From Octopus vulgaris (lineage: Eukaryota), in assembly GCA_951406725.2 (NCBI GenBank), contig OX597821.1:5146001-5210000 (forward strand): DNA of 64,000 nucleotides, written 5' to 3'. The translations under genes were made by a program, and so were the position numbers. Each line of letters starts with the position of its first letter. Position 1 is the stretch's first letter. Of the stretch, positions 28,453 through 42,863 are shown piece after piece. Under the pieces are notes generated by a model, which was not told where the DNA came from, searched no databases, and saw nothing but the letters and a program-made list of their open reading frames with translations.

Positions 28453-29728
28453 TAGGGTTGGCAAGAAAGTAATTTTGTTTTTCACAAATACATACATTTA
28501 TGATTTTGCTAAATGACTTATGTTAATATCAGGCTTCTTTCCTTTTGACATTTGATAGCCGTCACTTTTAACTTAGTCTAGAAGCAAATTGCGCGTAATT
28601 TTGCGTAAAGCTGTTCGTTCAGTGTCACTTTTAACATGGAGTGAAAAAAAGTGAATATTTTCGCCTTATTTTACTTTTTATTTCCGTAAAGGCAAGAAAA
28701 CTGCTGAGGCTCATAAAGAGATATGTGTAGTTAATGGTGTCGATTGTTTAACAGAACACATATGTCAGAAAAGGTGTAAAATACTCCGTTCTGGAGATTT
28801 TTTCACTCAAAGTTGTCGAACGCTGTGGTCAACCTACTGGAGTTGAGGATGACCGAATCAAAGCGATAATTGAATCTGATTGTCATATAACTGGGCGAGA
28901 AGTTGTAGAGAGTTAAATGTATCACGCAACAATTGAAAATCACTTAAAATGTCTTGGATTCGATAAGAAGCTCGATATTTCGGTTCCACATACATTGAAA
29001 GAGATTCACTTAACACAACGAGTCATTATTTGCGATATGCATCTAAAACGCAATAGAATCGACCTGTTTTTGAAACGAATCATCACTGGAGTTGAAAATG
29101 GGTTGTCTACGATAATATCAATCGAAACTAATGTTCGAAGCGTAATGAACCAGCACAAACCACATAGAAAGCTGAATTACATCAACAAAAGGTGATGCTG
29201 TCAATGTGGTGAGATTACAATGGTGTTGTGTATTTTGAGCTGCTTCCAAGGAACCAAACGATCAATTCAAATGTTTAGAGTCAATAGCTAATGAAATTGG
29301 AGGAAGGAATCAAAGAGAAACCGCCAAAAGTGGCAAATCGTAAAGGAGTCGTGTTCTATCATGACAACGCTAGAAAAACATACGTCTTTGCCAACTAGTA
29401 GAAAAGTATTGGAGTCGTTGGGAAGTGATGTCACATCCACCAAATAGTTTTGGCATTGCACCATCAGACTGCCACTTCTTACGAAGTTTGTAAAATATTT
29501 TGGATGGTAAAACTTTCAATAATGATGACCTGAAATCGCACTTTCTTCAGTTTTTTTCTCATAAGGACCAGAAGTTCTTTGAACACGAAATCATAAAGTT
29601 GCCAGAAAAATGGCAAAATGTCATTAAACAAAATAGAAAATATATAAATGATTGAAGTTCATTCTTTTTATGAAAATATGACTTATATTTCACACTCAAA
29701 AACCGAAATTACTTTCTTGCCCACCCAA
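28453..29728 (+). mobile_element. Full-length (about 1.28 kb) mariner element with decayed transposase
   Basis: TIRs tagggttggcaagaaagtaattt / aaattactttcttgcccacccaa; motifs KKLDISVPH, RIITG, HDNAR, APSD.H; many frameshifts. Confidence 0.9.
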
Positions 29729-29779
29729 TATATAAAACGGTAAAGAAGCCCTACCGTCGGTCATGAATAACTACGGAAT

Positions 29780-29825
<46 letters not shown>

Positions 29826-30117
29826 CTATCTATATATATATATATATATATACAAACATGTATACATAGAAAAATAGCCTGTTGTTCATGTTGAAATTCC
29901 TATGAATAAGTCTTTCTCTGCATCTTGAAATAAGATTGAATAATGACATACATACATCTAACAAACGTTTAGGCAATCGAAGATGTAGGTCAGAGTGAGA
30001 AATAAAGATATGCTTGCAAATATGGATTATTTGTTTCATTAAAGAAGGTGGCATGCACTATTTAATGATATATATATTGGAATTTCTTCTGCTGTTGCTG
30101 TTGCTGTTCCTGTTCAC

Positions 30118-30152
<35 letters not shown>

Positions 30153-30155
<3 letters not shown>

Positions 30156-30790
30156 AATTAGTAAATAAATGGCACAACTAAGTACCGATATTTACTGGAA
30201 ATAGCGAACGTAAAAATACGACGCTAATGTGTAGCTTCACCGCGTATGTATTAGTAAAAATGCGTGTGTGCAACAAAATAGAGAAAAAAAACCGTCTTAC
30301 CTCCAGGGAGAACATCTGAAAGATGAAACACCCGGAAAATGGATAATGTGGTACCTGCAGGTTTCAGGTTTTGCAAGATATGTCTCTCACCCATATTTTG
30401 CTTTACCTTCTTCAGCCAAACATATACCAAGACGAAATCTACGATGTTACCACATTAATACTAACACACTCGACTGAAATACGGAACGCTAACAGTACGA
30501 GAAACGGTGAAGAAGTTTCAAAATATCAGTAATGCAATACAAAGTATTGCCTTCCAGTAAAAAGTAGCCCGTGAGGGAAAAATACACAAATTAGTAAATA
30601 AATGGCACAACTAAGTACCGATATTTACTGGAAATAGCGAACGTAAACATACGACGCTAATGTGTAGCTTCACCGCGTATGTATTAGTAAAAATGCGTGT
30701 GTGCAACAAAATAGAGAAAAAAAACCGTCTTACCTCCAGGGAGAACATCTGAAAGATGAAACACCTGGAAAAGGATAATGTGGTACCTGG
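30153..30790 (-). mobile_element. Retrozyme/PLE-like partial tandem (433-bp unit, about 1.5 copies) in (TA)n
   Basis: 30153-30358 is repeated at 30586-30790; contains a hammerhead; no meaningful ORF. Confidence 0.8.
30347..30422 (-). ncRNA. Type I hammerhead ribozyme
   Basis: tgg-CTGAAGA-aggt..gcaa..atatg..catat..ttgc..acct-GAAACCTGCAGGT-A-cca; palindromic stem III, GUA site. Confidence 0.8.
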
Positions 30791-30793
30791 AAG

Positions 30794-30827
<34 letters not shown>

Positions 30828-30993
30828 GTTTTTATATTGGGTGACCATAGCTGAGAGCAGTAATCCAGGCGGCTGAGGACGAATGTATATATATTATTTA
30901 TAATACATATATTATATATTTAATATTATATATTATATATTATATATATTATATATTATATATATTAAATATATAATATATATACTTAATACG

Positions 30994-31042
<49 letters not shown>

Positions 31043-31109
31043 CCATATATAATATATATATATATATATATCCGCATATAATATATATATCTTTTTTTTA
31101 TCTTTCTTT

Positions 31110-31510
31110 TATCTTTTACTTGTTTCAGTCATTTGACTGCGGCCATGCTGGAGCACCGCCTTTAGTCGAGCAAATCGACCCCGGGACTTATTCTTTGTAA
31201 GCCCAGTACTTATTCTATCGGTCTCTTTTGCCGAACCGCTAAGTGACGGGGACGAATACACACCAGCATCGGTTGTCAAGCAATGCTAGGGGGACAAACA
31301 CAGACACACAAACACACACACATATATATATATATATTATATATACGTATATACGACAGACTTCTTTCAGTTTCCGTCTACCAAATTCACTCACAAGGCA
31401 TTGGTCGGCCATTGGTTGGTCTGTATATATTATGTATGTATTTAGTATACTCTTTTACTCTTTTACTTGTTTCAGTCATTTGACTGTGGCCATGCTGGAG
31501 CACTGCCTTT
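31110..31510 (-). mobile_element. SINE family A (5'-truncated) plus an extra tail fragment
   Basis: ttttacttgtttcagtcatttgactg occurs twice. Confidence 0.85.
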
Positions 31511-32283
31511 ATATATTATATAAATACATATATATGTATTATATACATATATATATATTAATATATATAAATAAGGATAAGATTGTTATTTAAAATACCG
31601 ATCATATCAAGTGGCTCGCATGGGAATAGAAACCTCCAAAGGTAATAATTATTATTAAAGTTATAATTAAGGGTATCTAAAAGATACCACCATGCTAGAT
31701 ATAGCAACTAAAGCTTAACTCCGAAACCGCATTAAATGTTCATATAGCACCAGGAGAGAAGACAAAATTGACCAAATAAACTAGCAAAATTTACTGGTTA
31801 ATTCCAGATCCAGGATTTCTGACTTTCTGATTTCTGATACATACACATATATATATGTACATATTTACATATATTGTATATATATATATATATGTTTGTG
31901 TGTATGTATATATATATATGTATGTATATATATATATATACATATTTATATACATTGTATATATATATATATATACATATTTATATATATTGTATATACA
32001 TAGACGTGTGTGAGGGGGAGTACAATATACATGCAAATATGGCATTCGGAGCTAAAATTGTGCTAATATAGGATTCTAAAAATACTTTCAATGTGTTACT
32101 TCGAATTTATTTTCAATTATTTGGGAAAATAATATTCGAGGTGTTGCCACAAATTTAATGTGAGTTTTGGAAACAATTATGCGCTTATCATAACTACTGA
32201 GTACACAGTCGTTCTATGCGGCTGTTTGCGAAGGTTTGTGCGTGTATGCTTGTGTTATACACACACACACATATATATATATG

Positions 32284-32339
<56 letters not shown>

Positions 32340-33003
32340 CATACATACATACGTATATATGTGTGTTTCACTATGTATATATGTAGATAGATATGTGGGC
32401 ATACGTAATTAAATATAGATATATATAAAATATATAAGTGTATATGTGTGTGTGTATGTGTGTGTGTGTGTTTCTATGTGTATGTATACGTCGATATATA
32501 TAAATTTACCTATATATACATATGCACACATGAATATATGTATGTAGATATGTATTTATGTGGCACGTTTCTTTAAGTATATTTAATTTGCTTATACGAA
32601 TTTAATTCCGTTATGATCACGCCTAGCCTATCCCACAACACGTTTCAAATAACTCTCATAATGTCTATTATTCCTACCTTCAAATACTTTTCTCTAAACA
32701 CCTAGACACGCACTAAAAATTATCCCTCTGTATGTACGCGCATGTGTTTATTATTGATATACGGTGTATATATTTATGTGTGCTTCATATTATATATATA
32801 TGTGTGCGGAGGGGATTTGGGTGTGTACATATATTTATGTACGTCCATACATATATTGGTAATGATGCACAAATATACATATTGATACGTAGTATACACA
32901 CACACATGTATATATATTACATATATGCACTCATGCAAACAGATGTACACACATACTCATATGTATGTATAGTTGAATACATATGCATGTATTTATAATT
33001 ACT

Positions 33004-33043
<40 letters not shown>

Positions 33044-33069
33044 CATACATACATACAAACATACATACA

Positions 33070-33101
<32 letters not shown>

Positions 33102-33205
33102 ATTATATATCTACCTATACATAGTTGACACTCATATACACAAGCACATTCGAGTTTCCGTGTCTTTTGGATATTTCCCATATATGCAGAGTAAAGTATG
33201 ATGTG

Positions 33206-33240
<35 letters not shown>

Positions 33241-33313
33241 CTGTGTGTGTGTGTTTGTGTGTGTGTTTGTATGTATGTGTGTATATACATATATATATGT
33301 GCGTGTGTGTATA

Positions 33314-33347
<34 letters not shown>

Positions 33348-33918
33348 CATGTCTATGTGTGTGTATATGTGTGTTTGTGTGTGCACACTCACATACTTAT
33401 GAGGGCAAGCGTGCTTTTCCTTATTGGCAAATAATCAGTAAATAAAATAAAATCGTGTACCCTTGATATCACATTCCACTCATAAATTGAATCTATATCT
33501 CACGTCCTCTCAACAATATTATTATTGGGCTCCAATTTATGAAGAACAGTAAAGATAAAAAAAGGAAACAAAATAAAAATATATATAGATTAAAAAAAGC
33601 ATATCGGAAAACAAATTAAATTTTTTTTCAAGACACCGCTAAAATATATATTATTTAATGAGGGAATCCATGGAGAAGTTATTAATATTATTATGGTGAA
33701 TTGGAAAATATAAATTTTATGGAGGTATGCAAAAAGTTGAAATGTAATCACAAATAATTCTACATACACAAAGATATACGTGTGTACACACATACACATA
33801 CACACAGACAGAGACACACACACAAAGATATATTTGTAATACATATATCTACACACACACACACATATATATATAGATATGTATTTGTGTGTTTGCGTAT
33901 GTTTGTATACATATATAC

Positions 33919-33974
<56 letters not shown>

Positions 33975-34091
33975 GTTTAAATATTTGTGGTGCAAGATTT
34001 TTTATGACCATTTTGTACCGGACTGGCGCTTTGTTTTCAATTATATTATATATAAAAAAATATATACATAATTGTGTGTGTTTGTGTGTGA

Positions 34092-34169
<78 letters not shown>

Positions 34170-35247
34170 ACGGAGAGTTTGACTGAATGGGTAGATGTTT
34201 GCGCCGCTAGAATAAGGTACAGGTTCGAGCCGTATGCGTAGAATCTTTGACAAATGAATTTTTGTATAGACTCCGGTCGACTCCGGTGAATGAGATTGTA
34301 TGAAGAGCAGCGTTGGAAATTACATCCAAGGCCCGTGTGTACCTGTGATTCCAAAATTTTAAATCAAATGATACAAGTATGCCATACATTATGCTCCGTA
34401 GAGCCACTCTAAAGGATAACGCTAAAGTTCCGCTTGTGTATGCTGTGTTCTGCTACTTATACGTTAATATTTGGCTGTATTTTAATCGGTTGCCGAAAGA
34501 ACTGAATATATATATATATAAATATATATATATATAAATATATATATATATGTAAATATATATATATATATTAAAACTGAATATATATATAAAATGAAGG
34601 ATATCTCGAATGCAAGACAATAGCTGTAAAAACAGCCTTGGAAAGTCGAGTAGGGGTACCTTCTTTCGTTTCTAATCGGAGTCTCGACTTTTGTCTATTT
34701 GTAAAAAAATATTCTCACATTTCAAAAGTATTTAGCGTTACAAAAGAGCGTATCTGTTTTCAGAGGCCATTTAACTCAATGGCACATATCTTGAAGCCGG
34801 ATTTCAAGAGATACAGATTTCGATTCTATATATACCGACTGCCAGCCCTATGTTCGTCTGGAGGGAAATTTTACCCGTTGTTCTAAAGCTTCTTTCACAG
34901 CGTTGGAGCTTTCTTTCATTTTTGAATGTGTACATATATTATTTCTCGGTGACAGTATGCAACAAGATGTTCACTGACGATCTGTTGTAGTCAGGTCCCC
35001 AAATGCACATGCAACATTCAGTACAAATTTTCATCGACTACAATGTTAAAACGTGCGTAAGAACAAATAATATAACTCCTAAATCGCCCTGTATATCTAA
35101 TCTAGATAGTAGTTACTTAATCAATACACTTGAAGCAAACTGGATTATGATGATCGACGTGGAGTTCGAAAGTTGATAGTAACGGTCGTTCGTACATCGA
35201 GTTGTACACACCAGATTATATATATGTATATAAATATATATATATAT

Positions 35248-35756
35248 AAAATTAATTAAGGGTAGAAATTGATATTAGTCAATTAAAACCAGTGGTCTAG
35301 CATATTAAAAAGAATCCGAAGATTAAAATATTTATATATACCAATTAAGGACTGAATACGAAAAGTGGACAGTCAACATGCTAGATATAGACGTCAAATC
35401 GCCATTCTCCAAAAAGATTATGTTCTCAAATAAAACTTAGCACAAAACCGAAGCAATAAACAAGACAAATGAAAATATACGAAATAAAATAATTACCCAT
35501 GTTTTTGCATCTAGTCCAGCAAATTGTATTCATAACAGACCATGGTGATGAAGTTACAGTTATCCTTGCGGATAATAATAACCGAAACTGATCAGTACAT
35601 GGGTAATTATTTTATTTCGTATATTTTCATTTGTCTTGTTTATTGCTTCGGTTTTGTGCTGAGTTTTATTTGAGAACATAATCTTTGTGGAGAATGACGA
35701 TTTGACGTCTATATCTAGCATGTTGACTGTCCACTTTTCGTGTTCAGTCCTTAATT
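35248..35756. mobile_element. Hammerhead-bearing fold-back element in (TA)n (same family as 46738-47250)
   Basis: 35343-35502 is inverted relative to 35597-35756. Confidence 0.8.
35540..35602 (+). ncRNA. Type I hammerhead ribozyme (C3G variant)
   Basis: ccatg-GTGATGA-stem II-GAAACTGATCAGT-A-catgg. Confidence 0.7.
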
Positions 35757-36126
35757 CGTATATATATATATATATATATTCAATTTTCAAAGAAAAATGC
35801 GGAGAAATAGTAAGCAGGATAGCCAAATGTCACAGAAGCACTTTAAGATATTGGTAACCACACTAACATGGGTAATAATTTCAGGGAGATGAGACGTGTT
35901 TTGGAGGATTTAGGATTTATAATATCCACCGTGATAAGACTGAAACATTAGTCCACCTTATATTTCCTCCCGGATTAATTTTAATGCATCCATGAAAACA
36001 TATATGTTGGTTATATAAATGATTTAAATAACAATTCTCTTCTATATTTATTTATATATATATATATGTGTCTGTGTCTGTGTGTATATGTATGTATGTA
36101 TGTATGTATAAGTATGTATGTACATA

Positions 36127-36350
36127 TGTCTTGCAAACAACTTGCACATGCACGTGCTACCAGTCGAGAACTCCGCATACCGGAAGGCAGCCTGAGTATG
36201 GGGTCATCAAGAGAGAATGTGCGCCGTTTCGGGACCTACCTCTTGCACACCGGCCCCGCTCACTGGTATGAGGCTCCGCTTTCTAGATCAACTGGTTATT
36301 AAATAAAACTCACTATTTCCAGCCATTGCTCCTTGTCTCTTTTTAACCAA
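36127..36350 (-). mobile_element. Second HERO LINE 3' fragment
   Basis: Reverse-complement homology to 18708-18942; encodes WLKRDKEQWLEI. Confidence 0.85.
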
Positions 36351-36366
36351 GTCTTTAAATATGTAA

Positions 36367-37320
36367 CTATTTCCATAGTCTTCAGATAGACTTCTCTCCC
36401 TCTATTCGTTTGTGAAAGCCTTGTAGGTGGCTTGTATGTGTGTGTGTGTGGGGGGGGGGGTAGAAAGTAGAAAGGTAATACACGAGTTGATATGTATTGG
36501 GAAAATAAGACAAGGTAGAAAATGCTAAAATAATTATATCATGAAGCACATTTTAGTACCGGTTTCCGACTTTTAGACTTTTTCAACGGAGGGTAAAATA
36601 AGGAAAACAATTAAAATGGAGAAAATTAGTAGATATTTCCATAGTCCCTGAATTTATAGTGGAGGAAAATTATATATTTCTTTACTACCCACAAGGGGCT
36701 AAACACAGAGGGGACAAACAAGGACAGACAAAGCGATTAAGTCGATTCCATCGACCCCAGTGCGTAACTGGTAATTAATTTATCGACCCCGAAAGGATGA
36801 AAGGGAGGAAAATTATAAAGTTGGGTTGTTCGTTACTGGCGCAAATATTGATGTGCTCGCTTAATCCTATTTTACTGTATTTTCGGATTTTAATCTGGGA
36901 TCTATGTACCGTCATCCTCTGGCGTAGACTGTTTTTGGTGACAGCACTCCTGAAGTTTTCTTTCTTTCCCCCTATCCCTCTCATTTCCTTACTCCTACTT
37001 CTCTTCCCCCTACATCTTCTTCTCCTCCTGCTCCTCCTTTTTCTTTTTCCTCTGCTTCAACCATCAATTCTCTGTACCCAGACTATTCCTTCAGATTTAC
37101 TACTAGCCACCTACGAGGCTTTCACGAAGGAATAGAGACAGAGAAGTCTATCTCAAGACTATGGAAATATCTATAAAAATTTTCACTTAATTTTTTTCCT
37201 CCAATTTAATTGTTTTTCTTATTTTACTCTTCGCTGAAAAAGTCTAAAAGTCGGAAACCAGTACTAAAATGTACTTCATGATAAAATGATTTTACCATTT
37301 TCTACCATGTCTTATTTTCC
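36367..37320. mobile_element. Rearranged PLE-like element with inverted segments and a degenerate hammerhead-like motif, interrupted by SINE B (36677-36800)
   Basis: 36367-36431 vs 37105-37170 and 36498-36650 vs 37159-37320 are inverted; ccgttga..GAAACCGGT-A motif on the minus strand at about 36548-36598. Confidence 0.55.
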
Positions 37321-37601
37321 TCTTTTACACGCACACACACACACACATACACACACACATACACACACATACACACACACACACATATATATATAAAAAT
37401 ATTTTCATACCTTTATTTATATATGTATGCATATGTGTGTGTGAGTGTGTTTTTGTAAGTGTGAATATCTGACGATACGGTAGAGTCCTGCACCTTCAAA
37501 ACTTTGTAATTTGGTGTTCAGTCAAGCTATTAAATGGATGCTGGTCCAAGCAGATATATCAAATTTTACTTTCGTTTCTTCATTGAACACACGCACACAC
37601 G

Positions 37602-37687
<86 letters not shown>

Positions 37688-37775
37688 GAGAGAGAAAGAG
37701 AGAGAGACATATACCTACAAGTTATTTTATTTACTACAATAAAGAAAAATGTGTAATGACCATTAACTTTTGCCT

Positions 37776-37834
<59 letters not shown>

Positions 37835-37835
<1 letters not shown>

Positions 37836-38168
37836 TAGATAAAACTTAGATATGTTTTTCGACCAAAGATTGGTCCAGGCCATGTCTAACTTAATAGCAC
37901 CACCTGATAGGATTATTCGAATCCTGTTTAAGTCAAGTTTTGTTCAAGTAGTGAGTTCTTGTTGGATGAGTTGTATCCAGTTTTGTTCAAGTAGTGAGTT
38001 CTTGTTGGGTGAGTTGTATCCAATTATGGGTGGCTTATCTGGTATTCTTTGAAGGAATCTATCCAGACTCCGTTTAAAGTTGATGGGATCCTTTTCCTCT
38101 TTGATCTCCCTCGGGACAATGTTAAATAGGGCAGGGCCTGTTGTGGAAAAGAAATGATGTTGCAGTGT
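37835..38168 (-). mobile_element. CR1-group LINE 3' end with a 46-bp tandem duplication
   Basis: Minus strand [39 protein letters not shown]. Confidence 0.75.
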
Positions 38169-38194
38169 ACATGTATATATAGATAGATAGATAA

Positions 38195-38329
<135 letters not shown>

Positions 38330-39009
38330 TATACTCCTGTGTGTGCCTGTGCTTATGTATGTATGTATATTCATCGAGAGGAATAAAAAGAGGAGTAGCA
38401 GTGTAATAATAGTATTTGTATTGTCACAATAAAGGTTAACGCGACCAATCGTATCCGAACCCTATTATGATGCTACCCGTTGGTTGAAATTATCTCAGCG
38501 TATTCAGATTACAAAATAAAGTTTATGCTGGTAACATAGGTAATGATTTGAATTTATACAAACATCTTTTAGTTTAGCAGACATTGCCACCGGTTCTCTT
38601 GCTATGTTGTGTGAAGATAAATTCATGTTATCTTGCTGCAGACTGCATCTAATTAATGTCATTTGTTAGAATCTACCAATTGGCAATCGTTAATCATCAT
38701 ACTACCGAAAAGATAAAGAATTTGTTTCGCAAAACTTCTGTTCTAGACGAATACGACGAAAACTCGATGCAGTTAGAAGTATAAACATCCTCATAAAAAT
38801 ACATAGATACATAGAAACTATCGTGTGTACTTTCATAAATACATATGTTCATATGTGTGTGTGTGTGTATTAGTAATTCATATAACGCTGGGCAGTAAAA
38901 ATGAAGGAATTGCATCTGTACTAAATTACAAGCACAGGAAATCTTCAAATTTTTCAACGAAAGGAAATAAAATTTAACGAAATTAAAGTAATCATTTCTA
39001 AGATAGGCT

Positions 39010-39198
39010 CATGGCCTGAAATTTTGTGGGAGAGGACTGGTCGGTTTAATCGACCCCATTGATTCACTGGTACTTAATTTATCGATCCTGAAATCAAAGT
39101 CGACTTCGGCTCAATTAGAACTCAGAACGTAGTGGCAGACGAAATGCTGCTCAGTATTTCGCCCGGCGTTCTACCGATTCAGCCAGCTCGCCGTCTTA
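39010..39198 (-). mobile_element. SINE family B
   Basis: aaagtcgac..gaactcagaacgtagtggcagacgaaat..ccagctcgcc. Confidence 0.75.
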
Positions 39199-39969
39199 GA
39201 AAAAAATAATAATACAAAAAATAAACTAGAATAGTTATATTATAGCTGGTTGATTTTTATTTTTCTGAAAACCCTAGCTTATCTTCATGGACATCTACGT
39301 AGTTATCCACATAATCAAGTTCACCGCTAATTATCAGTATAAATATGAATTTATAATCTGCGTGCGGTAACTAGAAGTTCCGAAGCAGTTTTCAGGGGAT
39401 ATCATCTTTCTCTTTGATTTTTCAAAGCGATATTGACTTTTGACATCAGCAGGGAATCTGGCCTCTACAAAATTGCGTTCAACCTCCAGGTTTTCTTTGA
39501 AGTAAGCTAGTCCGGCTTTTTCGAGAGTTGTATGGAAGACCCCTCAGAAGTTAGTGAATCCAGACGAGATCACTACTGACACCTACGATGTTGTTTTCTT
39601 CGCTTTACAGCACTATGTTTACGTATTTCTTTTTTTTTTTCTGTTGTCGTTTAGCAGTTGCTTACTGAAAGAGACTATACGACGTTCAGAGGCTGCCTAC
39701 GTTGATCTCGAGCCTGTACCGCCTCTGCCTCTTTCATTTCTTCTTAGGTAGAACCTTTCGATATCATAGATTTTTGTGGCCTTTTTCATTTGATGTTAGG
39801 ATATCTCGTGTTAAACACTAGAGTGGAGTGGATTATCTGTATGGATTGGTCAATTATCCCAATTAGAACTGAGATATTATCTTGTAAGGGGAGAGTTGCG
39901 GCTGCCATTCTTTCGAGATCTGGTATTATATTGTTGGTATTTATATACAGTCTATTAATATTTATGGCA

Positions 39970-40400
39970 GGTGAGTCAGTTGTTGTTTGCTGATGATACA
40001 TCACTGGTGGCGGATTCGGAAGAGCAATTGATGAGACTGGTTGTAGAGTTGGAAGAGTGTGTGAGAAAAGAAACTGAAAGTGAATGAAGCTAAGTGTAAG
40101 GTGATGAGATGTTCGAGAGATGAAAGGGCTGGTAGGATGGATGTGAGTATAAATGGTGAAATATTAGAGGAGGTGAGTGTTTTTAAGTATCTGGGATCAC
40201 ATGTGACGGCGGATGTGGGGTTGATTGAGGAAGTGGGATATAGCATGAAGGAGGGAAGTAAGATACTTGGTGTTGTGAAAGGTTGAGTATGAAAGCGAAA
40301 AGAAGTGTGTATGAGGGCGCTGTTGTGCCGACAGTGTTATATGGTGCAGAGACGTGAGGGCTGACTGAGTCGGAAAGATGGCGACTAGATAGGTTTGTCA
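39970..40400 (+). pseudogene. RTE-clade reverse transcriptase fragment
   Basis: LLFADDT, VNEAKCKVM, FKYLGS, VYEGAVVPTVLYGAET; frameshifts and stops. Confidence 0.85.
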
Positions 40401-40514
40401 ACATTTATTTACAACCAGGACGATGGATGAGGGGAACAATACAAAGACAGACATAAAATGGGGGGTAATACAGTTCTAAATTTAAGAGAAGAGGAATTAT
40501 GTAGAAAATATTTA

Positions 40515-40660
40515 GTTTATTTACATTCAACGAATATTTATCCTCATCTTGTTTGTTGTTAACACAATGTTTCGGCTGATATACTCTCCAGCCTTCATCA
40601 GGTGTCTTAGGAAAATTTTGAACCTGGGTTCTCATTCCAAAGGTATTTTCAATGTTGTTG

Positions 40661-40719
<59 letters not shown>

Positions 40720-40910
40720 TCACTTCTTGGAATGGGACTTGGAATTTTGGGGTTAGTAGTAATAATAATAACATTGAAAAATACCTTAGGAGTGAGAACC
40801 CAGGTTCTAAATTTCACCAAGACACCTGATGAAGGCTGGAGGGTATATCATCCGAAACGTGTTAACAACAAACAAGATTAGGAAAAATATCCGTCGAATG
40901 TAAATAATAT
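40515..40910. mobile_element. Inverted pair of PLE-like units around (ATT)n, each with a minimal hammerhead (40561-40606 -, 40821-40863 +)
   Basis: gacac-CTGATGA-aggctg..cagcc-GAAAC(a/g)T-T-gtgtt; each copy has a small lesion. Confidence 0.75.
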
Positions 40911-41021
40911 AAATAATGTATGAAGTGTGGGGGTTTGTATATAACTAAACAAGTAAATAAGTAACAAACAAAGAAACAAAAAATTTATTCACGGTATACA
41001 ATGAAAAGGAAAGGAAATATA

Positions 41022-41418
41022 TCTTTATATTTAAAAATGAAGTTGTGTGTCTGTCTCCTACGATTTAGATTCCTAACTACTCCCACATTTTGCGGTGCAG
41101 TTTAACCAAAAGCGGGTATCTTATAGTCGTGATTCATATCGAGCCCTTCTGGGTATTAGCGCGCGTCTACGATGACTCTACGATTTAAAAAAAATTTACC
41201 ATCATTTTCCCCCATTTTTAATGCATTTTTTTGCTATTATATAAGGGAAGTAACTCTCTAAAAATGTATTATTAAATCTCAGAACATAAAAAGCTACAGT
41301 AACACCCTCCCCCTTTGTGGTTAGCCATATTGAGATGGCTATTATACTTTACATCTTTAAAAATGCTTATATAGTTATTTCCCTTACAAACCCGAGCAAC
41401 GCCGGGCGATACTGCTAG
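41022..41418 (+). mobile_element. Non-autonomous Helitron
   Basis: A|TC start, cccgagcaacgccggg hairpin, CTAG|T end. Confidence 0.88.
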
Positions 41419-42427
41419 TATAGTATATAAAGCTTTAAAGAAAATTTTAAAAAGCGAGAGGATGATAGAGAGGTAGACTTCCTGATAAAGGATCACCTCT
41501 AGAGATAATCGAGGAACCCCACTGTCCGAGATTTCTTTGAACACCAAGAACAAGTGCCCTCTCCAATTCCTTCTCTCTGACGTACAAGTCTCCACTTGCT
41601 ATCTTGGCAATTTTCACCCATTTTTCAGTAAACTCGTGCGAGGGCAACACTTGCCTTTCCACCCTCGTAAATGAGATCCCTGCCCAAGAGGAAATTACCT
41701 GTCCTCATACCTTTCAGCCTTCTTCAACAAACAACCTCTTTCGCCACAGTTGCAAAGTAAGGGAAAACTACCTTCCATGAAGAAGAGCAGCGGGAGAATC
41801 ATGGATACAGACTCGGCCGATAGACAGATCCGTTCCACAGTTGAAACGAAAAGATTGAATGGTGCCGTAGGCTGCAGGCAACAAGCCTGCTACGAATGGA
41901 AAACTCCAAGAGTTAGAACAAAACCTGAGATAAAAACAATGATAATTATAATATATTGATAGATATACACGAGCATACATGCAGAAATATATTCGTGTTT
42001 GTGTGTGTGGGTGCAGGACTCATATATACATTTACAAACATATAGCATCTGTATCAGAGAAATATCCCCCATCCCTGAGATTGCTATAATTTTATGTTTT
42101 AAGTTTGTATCACGCCCTTCACTGCTAAGAAAAACAATTTATAAAACAATAAAGTTCTAAAAGATATAAAAATAGTGTGTGGAAAGAGAATCATACCATA
42201 TGCCGAAGAACTTGAGAAAGTTTTCTCCATTAATATACAATTACTTTGACAGAATTTAATTGTCATTTCAGTGCCAAAGCAGAGAATGTCCAATCACAAA
42301 TATGCATATTAAATAAAGTTTGGGCGTTGTGTATCTTATTCTGTCAGCGAATCATTTTACTTGGGACTCTCTCATTTTAGATTACGTAATAGACCGGTTA
42401 CGTAAAAGCAGACATGTGCATCTATGA

Positions 42428-42484
<57 letters not shown>

Positions 42485-42622
42485 CAGAGAGAGAGAGAGG
42501 TATGGGTGTGTCCGTGTTTGTATGTATGTATATATATATATATGTGTGTGTGTGTGTATGTATGTATATGTATGTATGTATATGTATGTATATATATTTA
42601 TGTATGTATATATGTATATATT

Positions 42623-42678
<56 letters not shown>

Positions 42679-42810
42679 TATATATATATAGAGAGAGAGA
42701 GTATAGGGAGATAGATTGATAGGTAGAAACAAAGATAGACAGATACATGCTAGTATATATGTACATATGTATAGGTAGAAACAAAGATAGACAGATACAT
42801 GTAGTATATA

Positions 42811-42863
<53 letters not shown>

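Noticed and set aside
35885-35960. gagatga...gaaacattagtc hammerhead-like remnant
   Set aside because: Core and stems are too degenerate to support a call
42719-42820. ~52-bp tandem duplication
   Set aside because: Ordinary slippage within a microsatellite field
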